Shown: positions 1 to 13,880 of the stretch, one piece after another
Layout of the letters: each line of letters begins with the position of its first letter
Numbering within the stretch: the stretch's first letter is position 1
Assembly (NCBI RefSeq): GCF_001194135.2
Contig: NC_068999.1
Location: forward strand, 17,695,572 to 17,759,571
DNA: 64,000 bases
Reading direction: 5' to 3'
Origin: Octopus bimaculoides
Taxonomy: Eukaryota
The notes under the pieces: generated by a model
Told to the model about the DNA's origin: nothing
Databases searched by the model: none
What the model saw: only the letters and a program-made list of their open reading frames with translations
Translations under genes and position numbers: made by a program

Positions 1-1489
1 TATATATATATATATATATATATGTAAGGGCGTTACAGGTGTGTGAGGCGGGGTATGTATGTAAAACACGACTGCTTTTGATGTCTGACTTTCCAGCAAA
101 TGCACTAAAACGTTTATAGCTCAGTCCGTAATCCTTCTCCGCCTACATAATATATCAAGTGTACGCCCTTATGGCGCATAGTTTTCATGTTTTTCATACA
201 GATGACAGTGAAAATCTCTCGAAATCTGATCAAGTATCTTCAATTTACCTAAGCAAACAAAGAACTATTAAAATCATTACAAGGACTCGAAATGTCATCT
301 TAAATATAAGATGTTTGAAATATATTCTCAGCAACTATACTAAACTTATATGTCTGTCCATGTTGCTGTATGTATATATGCGTATGTTAAGCAACATTGC
401 AGGTTACAGAAGACATATATAATATTGAGCGGCAGCTATAAAAAGCAATCTTGTAGGATATTTCCTATTTTGCTGTACAGGTGTCATCCTTTAGATATCA
501 TATTACAACATCTCTGCCATCTGTTCATTTCAACAGTTTCCGTTAGCATGAATAACGAGAAATACAAGTAAAACGGATAAAGAATTATAAAAAATAGCAT
601 CTCAAAATTTAACGAAAATGAAAACAAAAACACAAAAAAAAGCAGTTGTTATCTTTAGTACAATATGCACTTACAGATTTAGTTCTTCATTTATTTCTTT
701 TATATCTTTCGCTTTTTAGAAAACGGATTCCTTCCTGATCTTGAGTAGAGCTTTCTTCCATTAAAAAATGCACGAAACATATTCTACGGCATGAAGAGTC
801 TCAAATTGCAAACAATAGAGATTTCTCCCCATTTTATCACAAAGAAATTTCTTATCCTCTTATCACAAAGAAATTTATTGGGGATGACAAAGTGTAGAGA
901 TTTTAATCGATATAATATTGACCGATGACAAGTGGAGGTACTATGATACATATGCGAATTTTTTAATGTAAAACAAGACGCAAAGAGGATTTAATATGTA
1001 TTGAATTGCTTAGATTTTCATTTAACGTAAAGACTCATATTTTTTTTTTCATTCTGAAATTGCACAATGCATATTTGACTTAAGCAAGAATAAATATAAT
1101 TATTTCAACTATTATTTCACGTATTCAAATTTAACTTAGTTACATGTTAATGTTTGTTTAACTTCATAAACATTTTATCAAGAGGCGATGCAAATCAACA
1201 GATTATGCAATGTCTCTTAAATTACATCACATTAAACAAAGTTTATATATGCATTCATTAAAAAAAATAGTTTTACATTTGGCATGTTATATGTTATGTA
1301 TGCACCTGGTATAAGTTTGAAATACATGCCGGTACAGCACACATACACTTATATTTAAGTCACGCATACACATATATTTAAGTCAACTATATATATGTGT
1401 ATATATTAGCAAACATCTTATATTACAGAATACATATTTGTGTTTGTGTGTGTGGATGTGTTTATGTATGTTTATAATATTAATCTCAA

Positions 1490-1700
1490 ATTTTGGCACA
1501 AAGCCAGAAATTTCGAAGGTGGAACTATCGATTAAATCGCCCCAATGCTCAAATGGTTCATATTTTATTGATCCGAAAGGATGAAAGGCGATGTCGACCC
1601 CGGTGGAATTTGAACCCAGAATGTAAAGACGGATGGAATGCTGCTCAGTATTTTCTCCGGCATGGCGTGGTAATTATTTTGTCATCTTCCTGCCTTTGTA
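1490..1700 (-). mobile_element. tRNA-derived SINE, family A, near full length and diverged
   Basis: Reverse complement shows the family pattern: B-box-like TTCTGGGTTCAAATTCC, TTTCATCCTTTCGGATCAATAAAAT, and 3' GGCTTTGTGCCAAAA. Aligns by eye with copies at 12295, 24895 and 51330. Confidence 0.8.
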
Positions 1701-1757
1701 TGAGTATAATATTAAACAAATAAAACAAATTACAAAGTAAGCAATAATAGTCAGTAC

Positions 1758-1876
1758 CGTTCATTGCTTTGAACTGCTATGTGAGTCCAAATATCATTGA
1801 TAACATAACTGGTAGATACAGTGTTAACAACATACGGAATATGGTGGTATATCTTGAACGTCACACGAATAGTTTC
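1758..1876 (-). CDS. Putative internal exon (ETIRVTFKIYHHIPYVVNTVSTSYVINDIWTHIAVQSNE)
   Basis: Acceptor gtttttcaaag|, open 119-nt frame, donor |gtactg. WTHIAV loosely recalls LamG/pentraxin strands. No homology confirmation. Confidence 0.2.
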
Positions 1877-3129
1877 CTTTGAAAAACGTTTCTCCCCGTA
1901 ATACAAACATCCGATGTTGCAAAATCAGCGGAGATATCAGTGAAAGTATACTCATGGCTTTAGGTAATAAAGACACCCACAGAGTTTCACAGAGGTTAAC
2001 TAAGTAAAATTCTGGTAATTTATTTATTTATAAATTATAATCATTTTTATGTAGGAAATACTATAGTATTTTATAAGCGTATTTATAAGAAACCTTTGAA
2101 TTAATAAATCGTTGATTAACATTTCTTTTAATCAATTTCGTGTGTGAATAAAATATGTCATTAATTATATTTTCACAATAGTATACAGAAATTAAAAAAA
2201 AAATATATTTCCTACTTCACCATAAATTAAGATATCATATAGATTTTACCATATGAACTTTATTTAATAAAAATGGGCAGTGATTAATTTAGATTAAAAT
2301 AGATTTAGATTAATATTATTAAAGATGCATAAGAACATTTTATGACCGATGCAATTCTTTGTTTATTTAATTAATTTTATTTATTTGAGTTTTGGTCTAG
2401 GTTTTACTGGATTATTTTTATATTTTTTTAAATTATTAACGCTTGTAAACGTAGGAATATTTTAAGTCAATAATATGATCCAGCAGTCCTTCTAGGAAAT
2501 ACTTGTCATGTTTATCGACAAATTTTACCCTGACGAGATTCATATACAGAAATGTGAATTTTTTATAAATTCACTTGTGGATATGAATCGAAACAAATTG
2601 TAGGATATGTATTTTTAAAAATTATATTACATTATATACTTAATAAATTTATATGTCAATTGTATTTCTCGAGTTCTTTTAATATTTGCNNNNNNNNNNN
2701 NNNNNNNNNNNNNNNNNNNNNNNNNNNNNNNNNNNNNNNNNNNNNNNNNNNNNNNNNNNNNNNNNNNNNNNNNNNNNNNNNNNNNNNNNNNNNNNNNNNN
2801 NNNNNNNNNNNNNNNNNNNNNNNNNNNNNNNNNNNNNNNNNNNNNNNNNNNNNNNNNNNNNNNNNNNNNNNNNNNNNNNNNNNNNNNNNNNNNNNNNNNN
2901 NNNNNNNNNNNNNNNNNNNNNNNNNNNNNNNNNNNNNNNNNNNNNNNNNNNNNNNNNNNNNNNNNNNNNNNNNNNNNNNNNNNNNNNNNNNNNNNNNNNN
3001 NNNNNNNNNNNNNNNNNNNNNNNNNNNNNNNNNNNNNNNNNNNNNNNNNNNNNNNNNNNTATATATATATTCATGCATATAAATACATTCATACATACAT
3101 ATCGTAAATGGTACAAACTCTTATCCGGT

Positions 3130-3420
3130 GACGATCGCCAATGGGATTACACTTACAAGGTTCCCCTCCTTCCGGACTAGGTTGTTTGTGGAAGACTAGC
3201 ACTCGCCCATGTATGCCCACCTCCCCTCTCCTCGCCACCAATGTTGTACAAAGGAATGAGAAAGGCTGATTGCAACCTTGGCGCCATTGATCCCACTACG
3301 TATTTCTACAGCTGAGTGCACTGAAGCAACGAAGTAAAATTCGAATCTCGGTCTAGGAATTGAACTTATAACCTCACGATTGTAAGTCAGACGCTGTGCC
3401 CACTGAGGCATGTACCTGCA
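3130..3420 (-). mobile_element. tRNA-derived SINE, family C, degenerate
   Basis: Shares CCCTCTC..CCACCAATGTTGT and ATTTCTACAG(C/A)TGAGT with 24500-24750; tRNA-like head (reverse GTTCAATTCC) at about 3355-3415. Confidence 0.65.
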
Positions 3421-4244
3421 CACACGCTCACACGCACATGCATATACGTTGAGAGAGAGAGGGAAAGAGGAGAAAGAAGTACAATGAGATAGAAGCACAG
3501 TGATGTAGCGCTGGTTCTATATAGGAACTTGCAAATATTTACAGATATCCACTTCTTTTGCTAGTGTTCACCATTTAGAAACGGCTTATACTGTACTGTA
3601 GTTATTGATCAATTTTATTTATATTATATATTAAATCTGCTTTAATGATTTCGTTTGCTGCAAAATAACCATTGCAATCACAAGAAAAATTCATTGAATT
3701 GCCAACTATTGCAAACAATAAATTTAGTTAAGTCTTCTAATGTGTATTTTCCATCGTCCATTTATTGTTATGTCTGATGAAATTACTTGCTCAAATGTAA
3801 AACTATCTCTCACGTATGTAGCTATTACCAGCTCTCTCACACACACTTTGACATCGCTGTCTATATAAACACGTACATAAATCGATTTAGCTTCTATTTT
3901 GACAGACATTTTGATGTTTTTTTCTCTCACTTGTTATGAGTTTATTATACTCCAACTATCAGTGTTACATACACCCCAAATATACACATTACAACGAGCT
4001 TATGTACAAGTAGATATGTATTTCATATATTTGAGAAAGTGTGTGAAAATAATGCGCGTGTGAGGAGTGTGGGATCGTGGAGGTGCGTAGGTGCGTAATC
4101 TTATGTGTTTGCGAGTGGGGATAATTTATTTTTTGTTCACGGTGTTTAGTTATAAGAATCTGCACACATACACAAGTGTACACCAACAAAGAAAAAACAT
4201 ACACAGAATAAAGAGACGTATACATATAGAAGGAAATTATCGTG

Positions 4245-4279
<35 letters not shown>

Positions 4280-4922
4280 AGGCATATATATACACATATA
4301 TATAAATATATATAAACATAAATACATGTTCACACACACATATTTATATATATATATACATACATATGGATATATAAATATATATATTTGTATCTATATT
4401 TCCATGTATAAGTGCGTGTGTGTCCATTTCTGTATATGTGATTGATTGTGTGTGTTTAATGCTATTTTGCAGAGCACAACGAGTTTTCATTTAAAACTTA
4501 TCTGAAAGTGTAAAAGGTATATATGGCTTCTGAATTTGATTTTCACATACGAACTCTTTTTCTTATGAGAAAGAACAGAAAAAATATATTTGGTTTGCTT
4601 TTTCATGCAATGCAACACTTTTTTTTTTATCTTACATAGGACTGAATCATATTTGCTCTGAAATTTCTGCAAGTATATAAATGCTATATCCTTATCTAAT
4701 ACCATTGACAAATCAATATATATATTACAGTGAATGTGATATTATCGAGCCCTAGAAACGATGTGGTTGATTTTGGAGAAGTACTGTTCTTAATAAAGTA
4801 CCAAAAAAAAAAAAAAAGCGCGCAATCAATTCAGAATGTAAAACGTGAACGCAGTTAAGTATTCTTTATATATAGTTATGCAGGTGTTTTGTGTAAATAT
4901 GCATTGTTATTAGTATTTAGTT

Positions 4923-5030
4923 GATTACGTTCTGAGTTCTGAGGAAATAAATAGTAGTTGAGGACTGGGGTCGATGTAATCCACAAAATCCCTTTCTCAT
5001 ACTTACTGGCCTTGTGATACCATTATTAAT
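4923..5030 (+). mobile_element. SINE family A fragment, internally deleted
   Basis: TTACGTTCTGAGTTC ... CTGGGGTCGATGTAATC ... TGGCCTTGTG motifs match the other family A copies. Confidence 0.65.
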
Positions 5031-5861
5031 ATTTAGTTGAAGGGTAACCCAAATTGACTACTGTTACGATGAAAATAATTCTATCTATGACTATCTTGCT
5101 TTTTACCTTTGAATATGTGCTAAGGTTCATTTAATCCAACGTGTTCTAAAGTATTATTCATCAGTCAAGTAGGCATGCTAATCGTTGGGGCAGCATCTTG
5201 CATAATATTAATATAATAGTATTAATATGTATTAGTGTGAGATTCCTTTCCAACTATTTTTATTTCGAAATATTATTAGTTGAATGCGAAACCTCATCAA
5301 GATTTTCAAATTATTAATAGTACGTTAATTGATTTATCGTTTTCTTGTTATTTATGACTGGCACTTCGACGAAGATTCCAGTCGATCCGATCAATGGAAC
5401 GGCCTGCTCGTGAAATTAATGTGAAAGTGGCCGAGTACACCACAGGCAAGTGTATACTCTTAATATAGTTCTCAGGGAGATTTAGTGTGACACTGAATGT
5501 GACAAGGTTGTCCCTTTGAAATACAGGTATTACTATATTGTTCCAGCTAAGCGGTAATATATAAAAAATGCGCAAGCATACAAATATTCAACTATTAAAT
5601 TAATTTTGATAGGAGAGGATGAATCGCGTTTTTATATTAGGGAAATAGTTATTTTTGTCTCACTAATACAAAATTATTATTTAGTTTCATAGTAACCGAG
5701 TCATAAGTGAAGGCTGAATGGAACAATATTTGTTTTCGATATTGCGGTATGAAAATTTGACCTCAGGATTACTGAGATAGAGATGTTGACTATAATGTTG
5801 TCGGGCGGGCGAACAATAACTGAAGGGACCAATATATGGAGCGTAAATCTAATGAAATTAC

Positions 5862-5962
5862 GGACCAGTCTTGCTTTCGACGCGATGGACCAACATCGAG
5901 ATTCGTCTTAGTTCTTTCAATATATGTGAGATACGCAGACTGGATGTAATTTTCTTGGCACC
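5862..5962 (-). CDS. Putative internal exon (two open frames possible)
   Basis: Strong acceptor aattctcttttactag|, donor |gtaatt. The frame GAKKITSS...KTG(P) is phase-compatible with a next acceptor at 5546 (WNNIVIPVFQRDNLVTFSVTL...). Unconfirmed. Confidence 0.2.
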
Positions 5963-7258
5963 CTAGTAAAAGAGAATTCATATATAATATATATAAACAG
6001 ACGTTTGATGTCTGTTGTTTCCCATGCTTGGAAATTTTTTCAATGATACCAGCCAGTCACATGAATTTGCTGTTCTGAGATAAAATTTATAATAATATGT
6101 ATGTATATAATAATATCTATCTATATATGTTCAAAACATACACACATGTATATGTCTGTGTGCGCGCGTGCATAAGTGTACGTGCGCGTGCGTATGTGGT
6201 TCAATGTATTCACTGCAAAACATGATAACTACATCATTTCCACTGAATTTCGGTTAACATTAATATAAATTCCTGTGTCAAACAAGCAATTTTCTCTAAC
6301 TTTATTCCCAAGGTAACTTTGAGGAGTCTGATTTATGCTGAATTAATACCGACTTCATACAGAGACGTTTACATGCGTATTTATATATAATTCCATCCGA
6401 TTAATTTAAGGCTATGCTTAATAGCTCATACTTTTAAGACTTTTGACTTGATTGCCGTGTTAGTTCGCAGACGTAGAAATAAAATATGGATCGATAAATT
6501 CCATCAGAAACGGACATTGAAATGAAATATAGGAATTGACATGTATGCGTATATCAACATATCAAAGTTAATGTGTTGGTTCCTAATGAGCTTATGAATA
6601 TAATATAATAAATTCGTTAGCACAAATTAATACAATTCCGTTTTTCTCATTTAACAAACGAATATAACCGCAGTGCACGTAATTGTAAGGAAATCTATAG
6701 ATAATAAGCCTTTTATGAAATTCTTTAATCTATTTAGCAATAGAGATTTTTAAAAACTCCTTTTATGAAATAAAAGGAATGTTGTGCAAGAGGAAGCATT
6801 AACATATTTTTTTCTACGATTCAATACTTTGCGTTCATACACTTGATATGGAATACAATTAATTTGTCATAGTTATATGTAAGTACAATTATAATATTAC
6901 GCACAGGTATATTTCTGTATATGTGTGTTTTGGCTTACGTGTGTATTTGTGTCGATTTTTCTGTTACTTTAATTTTGAAATAGTGGTATATTGATCGTGT
7001 TCTAAATTTGTAAGCATATTTCCATATACTTCCAAAGAGATAGATATATCTTTCCTTATAGTTATACACCACCGAAGTCATTAAACCATCCCATATGCAT
7101 GCATATATATATATATATATATATATATANNNNNNNNNNNNNNNNNNNNNNNNNNNNNNNNNNNNNNNNNNNNNNNNNNNNNNNNNNNNNNNNNNNNNNN
7201 NNNNNNNNNNNNNNNNNNNNNNNNNNNNNNNNNNNNNNNNNNNNNNNNNNNNNNNNNN

Positions 7259-7321
<63 letters not shown>

Positions 7322-8961
7322 ATATACATGAATATATCGTATATCTTTCAAATACAGTGGGCCTCAAACTATTCCAGGGATTTCTTATTTGTGTTCCTTA
7401 GTCAAATTCGCATGCATATATTCCGATCATATAAACCCAAGTTAAAAACTGTTGGGTGGACATTATAAATTGTTGAAAAATCGAATGTAAAATTAAAGAG
7501 TAATTAGAGAAGTGACAGAAGAATGAGGAACAATTTATGTAAATTGAGAGAATAAGCAAGGGGTGATTATGAGGTAAAAATGCCAATGAACAGTTAGATC
7601 CTGATATTCTCTAAGAATATCAGCAGACTTATCTTTAATATCCGTTATAGACGCAGTTAATTTATGTGGAAGCAGTCAATTCATTACTTCTGACCACTGT
7701 CACCTGTGGATGGAATCTGAGTTCTCTGTATTAGAGAAATTAAAATATTGATGGTAGAATTCATTCTCTTGGTCCCGACTTCGTATTGGTTAATAGGTTT
7801 AAGAGCTTTCAGATTTCCCTATGAACTGTATTAATTAAGCAACACTCAGTTTAGACCATATGCAACCTTTTTAACTTCACAAAGTGAAAAAAAATCTATA
7901 ATAACTTGAATTATATTCTTCAGTTATTCAGTAAAAAAGTCTTGTCTCCGTCCTCTAGTTAAGTCTTTCCACGTCAAATATTGTCCACAAATTCTAACAC
8001 CTATATATCTTACTGAATTGAAATCTGCTGCAATTTCTAAAGATTCCGAAAGACCTCGTATCTTTCATTTCCTCTACCCCTCTCTCTCTCTCTCTCTTCC
8101 CTATTGGCCTGTTTGTAAAATGCTTACATTCTTCTTCCTCCTCGTCCTTGCTTTTCATAATTTTTTTCTAGATTTATTTGATTGATATGTGTTTTTTTAC
8201 CTCTCACATTTCTTAAATTTTTTTTTATGCCTCCTTTTTTTTCCATTCAGGTTACTTTCCTGTGCCTCTACACATTCTTACGTGTTTCTCCTACACGTGT
8301 AACCAATAAACCCGTTTCATTTTCTATAGCGATTGTAAGATCAGGATCAATGACTTCAGAAATATAGACGCAACATTAAAGAATTGCCTCGTCAGTAGAC
8401 CGAAAAACGTAAATGTGGTACACCTCGTAGCAATTCATACACTTTTATATCTAAATAAATAATATTATAATGGTATATCAAAGAATATTGAGCTATTTCA
8501 TCGTTATATGTATCTCACACAGCTGTGAATACTCCTTCGACTTAGTAGCTACTCAACGATTTCATGTAATTGTATAGTGTGAATGGAAATTACTACTGAA
8601 ACGATGATTTATAGCATGATAGTTACTATTCATGTTTCTTGTTTGATAGCAGAGCTCGGGATGTGATAGCTCACTGTGTTGCTTATGATGAAAACCAATG
8701 TAAGGAGTTTAATGCATAGTCTGTCTAGAGGGTTACAATATGTTATTGCTACCATTAAGACTCAATAAATTCATATATTTTATATGTAATTTTAAAACGT
8801 GTTCATTTCTTTGTGATTTCGATATTGCAAAGTTTCTTCACGACTTTTGACAGACAGACAGACACACACACACACACACACACATACACACACATACACA
8901 CCAATACACACACACGCGCGCACACAAGCTCTCTCGCATGTGCGTGTGCTGGTGTGAGAGT

Positions 8962-9220
8962 GTGAAGGCACGTGGCCTAGTAGTTAGTCTGTTGCTCTCA
9001 CGGTCACTAGGTCCTGGGTTTGATTCTCTGAGTGAGCGGTGCGTTGTGTTCTTGAGTAAGACACTCCCGTTCACATTGCTCAAGTCCTCCTTCGATCAGG
9101 GGTGATTGTTGGCCTGCACGTCTAGCCAGCGGGATGCCGTTATTTGAAGGCTAAATCAATACTAAAGCGCATTCTGACCAGCCATGTTTAACATCTGATA
9201 GCCTTGTCGGTCCCGTGATA
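8962..9220 (+). mobile_element. tRNA-derived SINE, family C
   Basis: A-box-like TGGCCTAGTAGTTAG, B-box-like GGTTTGATTC, then CGTTGTGTTCTTGAGTAAGACAC. Follows a (CA)n tract. Confidence 0.75.
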
Positions 9221-10529
9221 CATACATACACCAGTGTTCCATTGAAAATAACACTTGTCTAGATTTCTTTTATTTAAATTCCTTTTGCATAGAATATCTT
9301 GAATGCTTTCAGTTTGTTCCGTGTCGTGAATTTCTTATGACTATCAAGACGTCAAGACCTTAAGTATATTGTATTCTATATGAGATGGATTCGTTATTTA
9401 GCTACATATTCTAATATCTGGTGTAATATAGCTACCAGTTATCAGTAATTCATATCCTGCTGTAATATCACTAATAACAGGAAACTACTAATTTCATTGT
9501 TCTTTCTTATGAGTTAATCAAGCCACATCATTCCTCTCCCCACCCACAACAAAATTTTAATGCAATGTCGCCCTCTACTACATATTTTGAGTGGCTGCAT
9601 GCTCGATGAATTCGAATTCCTCACTTTCAAACCATGTTGTTAAGGATTAGTATTATATTTCTATGATATATAACATTGGGATTTTTCAATTTTCTTTAAA
9701 GGTGATTTTGCCACAAAGCATATAACTAACAGTTGAACAAAATCTTGACAACATTGCTGGCGAAGAAATTGATTTTGGTAATATCAATGTTCATTTTATT
9801 TCAAAGGTAAGATAGCTAAAGGCATTTATGTATGAAGAAAAGTGAGTTAATTACAAAAGAATATGGGGCATAGGAAATATTTAACTCAAGTGATAAAGAG
9901 AAACATCTGAAATGAAATATATTTCTGACACAAAACTGGGAGCAGTGAATATTAGGACAACAAGCTATTTTTAGAATTTGTTATCGCGTAATGCGCAAGA
10001 AAATTAGAAACCTGTAAGGTAAAAACAAATTTGCTCACTACGCTTGTGAATGTTATCAAAATATTTGCTTTTAAAAAACAGAAAATTTTTGTTTACGTAT
10101 CGCCTGAATCTTGTTTACTTTGCATATGAAAATGAAATTGTAAAAGATAAAACTCGTGGATAATTTTATTTTCGATTAAACATAGCAGGATATTTCATAT
10201 GGCAGATAAAAATGTTAACAGCATGAAATATTAAAATCACTGAAATCTCTGTGAAAGTGAAGTTCAAAATGTAATATGCTTTCGGATGACAAAATTAAGC
10301 AACAGGAGCGTGTCATAGCAATGTGTATGATATTGGTGCAATGTTTGAAACTCATGTACTGGTAAATTCTCAATTTTTTTGACGTTAAGTATTTTGTTCG
10401 ATCAACTCAGTGTGTGTTCATGATATTAATATGAACATGTTTCTACATTCTACATCCACATATAGTTCTAATACAATTCTCCGGTGAATAAAATTGGTGC
10501 AGAATGAAAAGATAAGACACCTGAATTAG

Positions 10530-10680
10530 GGACACATTTCAGGGAGACGGAGGGAGAGAGGGGGAGAGGGGAGGAAGATAAGAAATAGCGAGAGAAAGGT
10601 TGGAACAAAGAGAGAGAGGGAGATAAGGGAGAGAATGTACAGAGAGGAGAGAGTGGAGTGAGAGTTCGATGGAGGAGAGA
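10530..10680 (+). repeat. Purine-rich (GA-rich) low-complexity tract
   Basis: About 150 nt of mostly G/A on the + strand. Confidence 0.85.
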
Positions 10681-11952
10681 AAGCAAATCAGTATCGATAC
10701 AAACAATTGTCTCCTAAACACCAATAAGACAAAACGATTAGCAATAAGTCTGACCATCAATGAACACCGCAAATTATTTCTTTTCCAGAAAGTCGACCGA
10801 TTCCAAAATATTTATATGATACTAGAGAGTCAAGAACAACATCCGCTGTAGAATATACGACAACGCCTTTNNNNNNNNNNNNNNNNNNNNNNNNNNNNNN
10901 NNNNNNNNNNNNNNNNNNNNNNNNNNNNNNNNNNNNNNNNNNNNNNNNNNNNNNNNNNNNNNNNNNNNNNNNNNNNNNNNNNNNNNNNNNNNNNNNNNNN
11001 NNNNNNNNNNNNNNNNNNNNNNNNNNNNNNNNNNNNNNNNNNNNNNNNNNNNNNNNNNNNNNNNNNNNNNNNNNNNNNNNNNNNNNNNNNNNNNNNNNNN
11101 NNNNNNNNNNNNNNNNNNNNNNNNNNNNNNNNNNNNNNNNNNNNNNNNNNNNNNNNNNNNNNNNNNNNNNNNNNNNNNNNNNNNNNNNNNNNNNNNNNNN
11201 NNNNNNNNNNNNNNNNNNNNNNNNNNNNNNNNNNNNNNNNNNNNNNNNNNNNNNNNNNNNNNNNNNNNNNNNNNNNNNNNNNNNNNNNNNNNNNNNNNNN
11301 NNNNNNNNNNNNNNNNNNNNNNNNNNNNNNNNNNNNNNNNNNNNNNNNNNNNNNNNNNNNNNNNNNNNNNNNNNNNNNNNNNNNNNNNNNNNNNNNNNNN
11401 NNNNNNNNNNNNNNNNNNNNNNNNNNNNNNNNNNNNNNNNNNNNNNNNNATATATATATATATACACATATGTAAATGTGTGGGGGGGAGAGTTAGAATT
11501 ACTCTTTCAATCAGGTTCTATTTCCTAGCCATCTCTATACTACTGCAGTGAAACTTTCCTCTTTTTCCGTAAAGGATTCACCATTCCACCTTACAAATGG
11601 TAAATGCTATAAATCGCAATGTAAATAAAGTATTTTAGCGTTGAACAACATGCGAGAATATCACATAGGGAGAATGCAATTTTTCTCGCTTCCTATTGGT
11701 ATAAATCAAAGTGTTTTCTTGTTATTGGCAAATATCAGACTTTTAACAGTATGTTGATGTATCAAAATAAACAGATGAAACTAGAATGACTATTCTTATT
11801 CCAAACTTGATATTGTTACCTACAAGCACACTACAGAATTTGAAGAAATTAGCAAACTGTGCAACGTTAATTCGTTTCCTACAAGAAAGACATATCTACC
11901 GATTTGGACAAAATATTTCGTTTGTCATGTATTTTATAGCAACGAGTAAGAG

Positions 11953-12107
11953 TATTCAAAATCTTGATATTTTCCTCACAGTGAGGGAAAATAAGATTTA
12001 TATATACATGCTGCCAAATAAATCTGTAGATATTCAAAATCTTGATATTTTCTTCACGGTGAGAGAAATATAATTTATATGTGCATGATGCCAAAGAAAT
12101 CTGTAGA
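11953..12107. repeat. Local tandem duplication of a 77-78 bp unit (2 copies)
   Basis: TATTCAAAATCTTGATATTTTC...AAATCTGTAGA at 11953-12030 and again at 12031-12107, with scattered substitutions. Confidence 0.9.
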
Positions 12108-12294
12108 TGCGTGAAATAATACAAATATTGTTTTAATCTATGGTTCGCCTACGTAAATTAGAATCAGATTGTGTTATAAACTTTAAAGTTCTTTCACTAT
12201 TAAGGGTGGACTAAAATATCACTTCAATATTTAAAATGAATGCGTAATAAATCTGAAATATAACTCATTGCATTTGATATATTCTCTCTACTAT

Positions 12295-12488
12295 AGGCAC
12301 AACGCCTGGAATTTGAGGAGGGGATGGTCGGTCATATCAACCCAAATACTGGACTGGTACTTAATTTATCGATCCCGAAAGGCTTAACGATAAAGTTGAT
12401 CGCGGCGGAATTTGAACTCAGAACGTAAGGACACAGAAAATGCCGCTAAGGATTTTTCCCGACATGGTAATAATTCTGCCAGATCACC
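12295..12488 (-). mobile_element. tRNA-derived SINE, family A
   Basis: GGCACAA...CTGGTACTTAATTTATCGATCCCGAAAGG...GGCGGAATTTGAACTCAGAACGTAA...ATTCTGCCAG is the reverse complement of the family A pattern. Confidence 0.85.
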
Positions 12489-12680
12489 GTTTTATTTTCA
12501 TTTAATCATATGCAAACACTCTGCTTATGAAGAATGGCTAATTATTTCCTTCGTCATATCGTTTGAATTTCATGTTGCAAGTGCTTTGTGTGACTTCACT
12601 ATAAACAGATGTACATGAANNNNNNNNNNNNNNNNNNNNNNNNNNNNNNNNNNNNNNNNNNNNNNNNNNNNNNNNNNNNN

Positions 12681-12697
12681 CGACGCTCTTCCGATCT
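12681..12697 (+). other. Illumina adapter remnant (assembly contamination)
   Basis: CGACGCTCTTCCGATCT is the 3' end of the TruSeq universal adapter/read-1 primer and starts exactly where an N-gap ends. Confidence 0.9.
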
Positions 12698-13083
12698 ATA
12701 TACGTGTGCATATGTATGCACGTACTGCATCGTCATTTATATACATTGAACTGCCACGTTTTAATATTTAAGGCACCGTCGTTTGCCAATGTGACATTTC
12801 ACTTTTAAATGCACAATTTACTTGTAGAGTATGATAGATTGGGAAATATTTTTACATTAAAAATTATATAATGCCAGTTTGATGTCAATATACCATTCTT
12901 TCACATCATACAATTTGATATCTTTAATTTTATACGTGATGGCAGTAACGTGACGTCTGATTTAATTATAATCTTTTTACCACTTTTTACCACGGCTGTT
13001 TGAGTTTTCTATAAATTAATTTTTGCAATGTTCTTTATATAAAATCGATTATTCAAATGAAAAAGTAAATCCTGGATACTCAC

Positions 13084-13182
13084 AATTGCAATTTTATTCC
13101 ATAAATTTTTAAGAAACTAAAGAAGGGGATATTATATTTAATTGTATAATATAATCCTTGCATGAAATCAGACAAATGGCAA
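13084..13182 (-). CDS. Putative internal exon (CHLSDFMQGLYYTIKYNIPFFSFLKIYGIKLQ)
   Basis: Acceptor tatattttaacag|, donor |gtgagt, one open frame (phase 2 to 2). No homology confirmation. Confidence 0.2.
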
Positions 13183-13479
13183 CTGTTAAAATATAAATTA
13201 TAGTTCCTGTTAATGGTAAATGGATTAAAATATTCCATGTTACTCTATCGTTCAAATATACTGAGTTGACAGCTCTTCCAATACAGAAAGAAAAATATCC
13301 ATGAGTCTATGCATTATAAATACACAAGAGAAACACAAATATGGATGTACAATATATTTTTGAAAATCCATAGCGTAAATCTAGAATCAATTTTGTGAAG
13401 TATCTAATATAAACATATATTTCTTTTGCTTTTAACTTCTTTCATTCCTCACACCGCGATAAGGCGAGTGTCACCACCT

Positions 13480-13880
13480 TCAAGGGTTTAAACGAATAAA
13501 ACAACCCCAGTACTTATCTTGTTCTAATCTTGTGTCTTATCCTACTAGTAACTTTTGCTGAACAGCTGCGGTAGTAAGGCAGTGAGGAAACACAAACATG
13601 AAGATTACGCGAAGGACGTAATCGAAACAACGTCCATTGTTATGAGTTGGAGGAAAATATAAACACAATGACATGCAACCACATACACATAGACATATGT
13701 GTGTGCGTGTGTACATATAAAAGGTGTTTCTACACATTTATCGCCTACACCATTTGCGCACGCACTGAGCATTGCATGGCATGGTGGAGCGGGCTATAGC
13801 AGAATATATTTTTCTCCAAGGGAGTGGAATCCAACTTGAAAACACAAAGTTGCAAAACTAGAGTCATGATCACTCATCCA
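13480..13880 (-). mobile_element. SINE family B, highly degenerate
   Basis: ACCCCAGTACTTATC and downstream blocks resemble the reverse strand of 14280-14640, including the internal CA-rich tract. Confidence 0.45.

Noticed and set aside
834-876. 17-bp direct repeat TTATCACAAAGAAATTT
   Set aside because: Tiny slippage-type duplication with no further structure.
5074-5135. Signal-peptide-like MKIILSMTILLFTFEYVL, and MTFRVLVMILIVLCLL on the minus strand near 260-310
   Set aside because: Hydrophobic strings are common in translated AT-rich DNA, and no consistent downstream exon could be linked.
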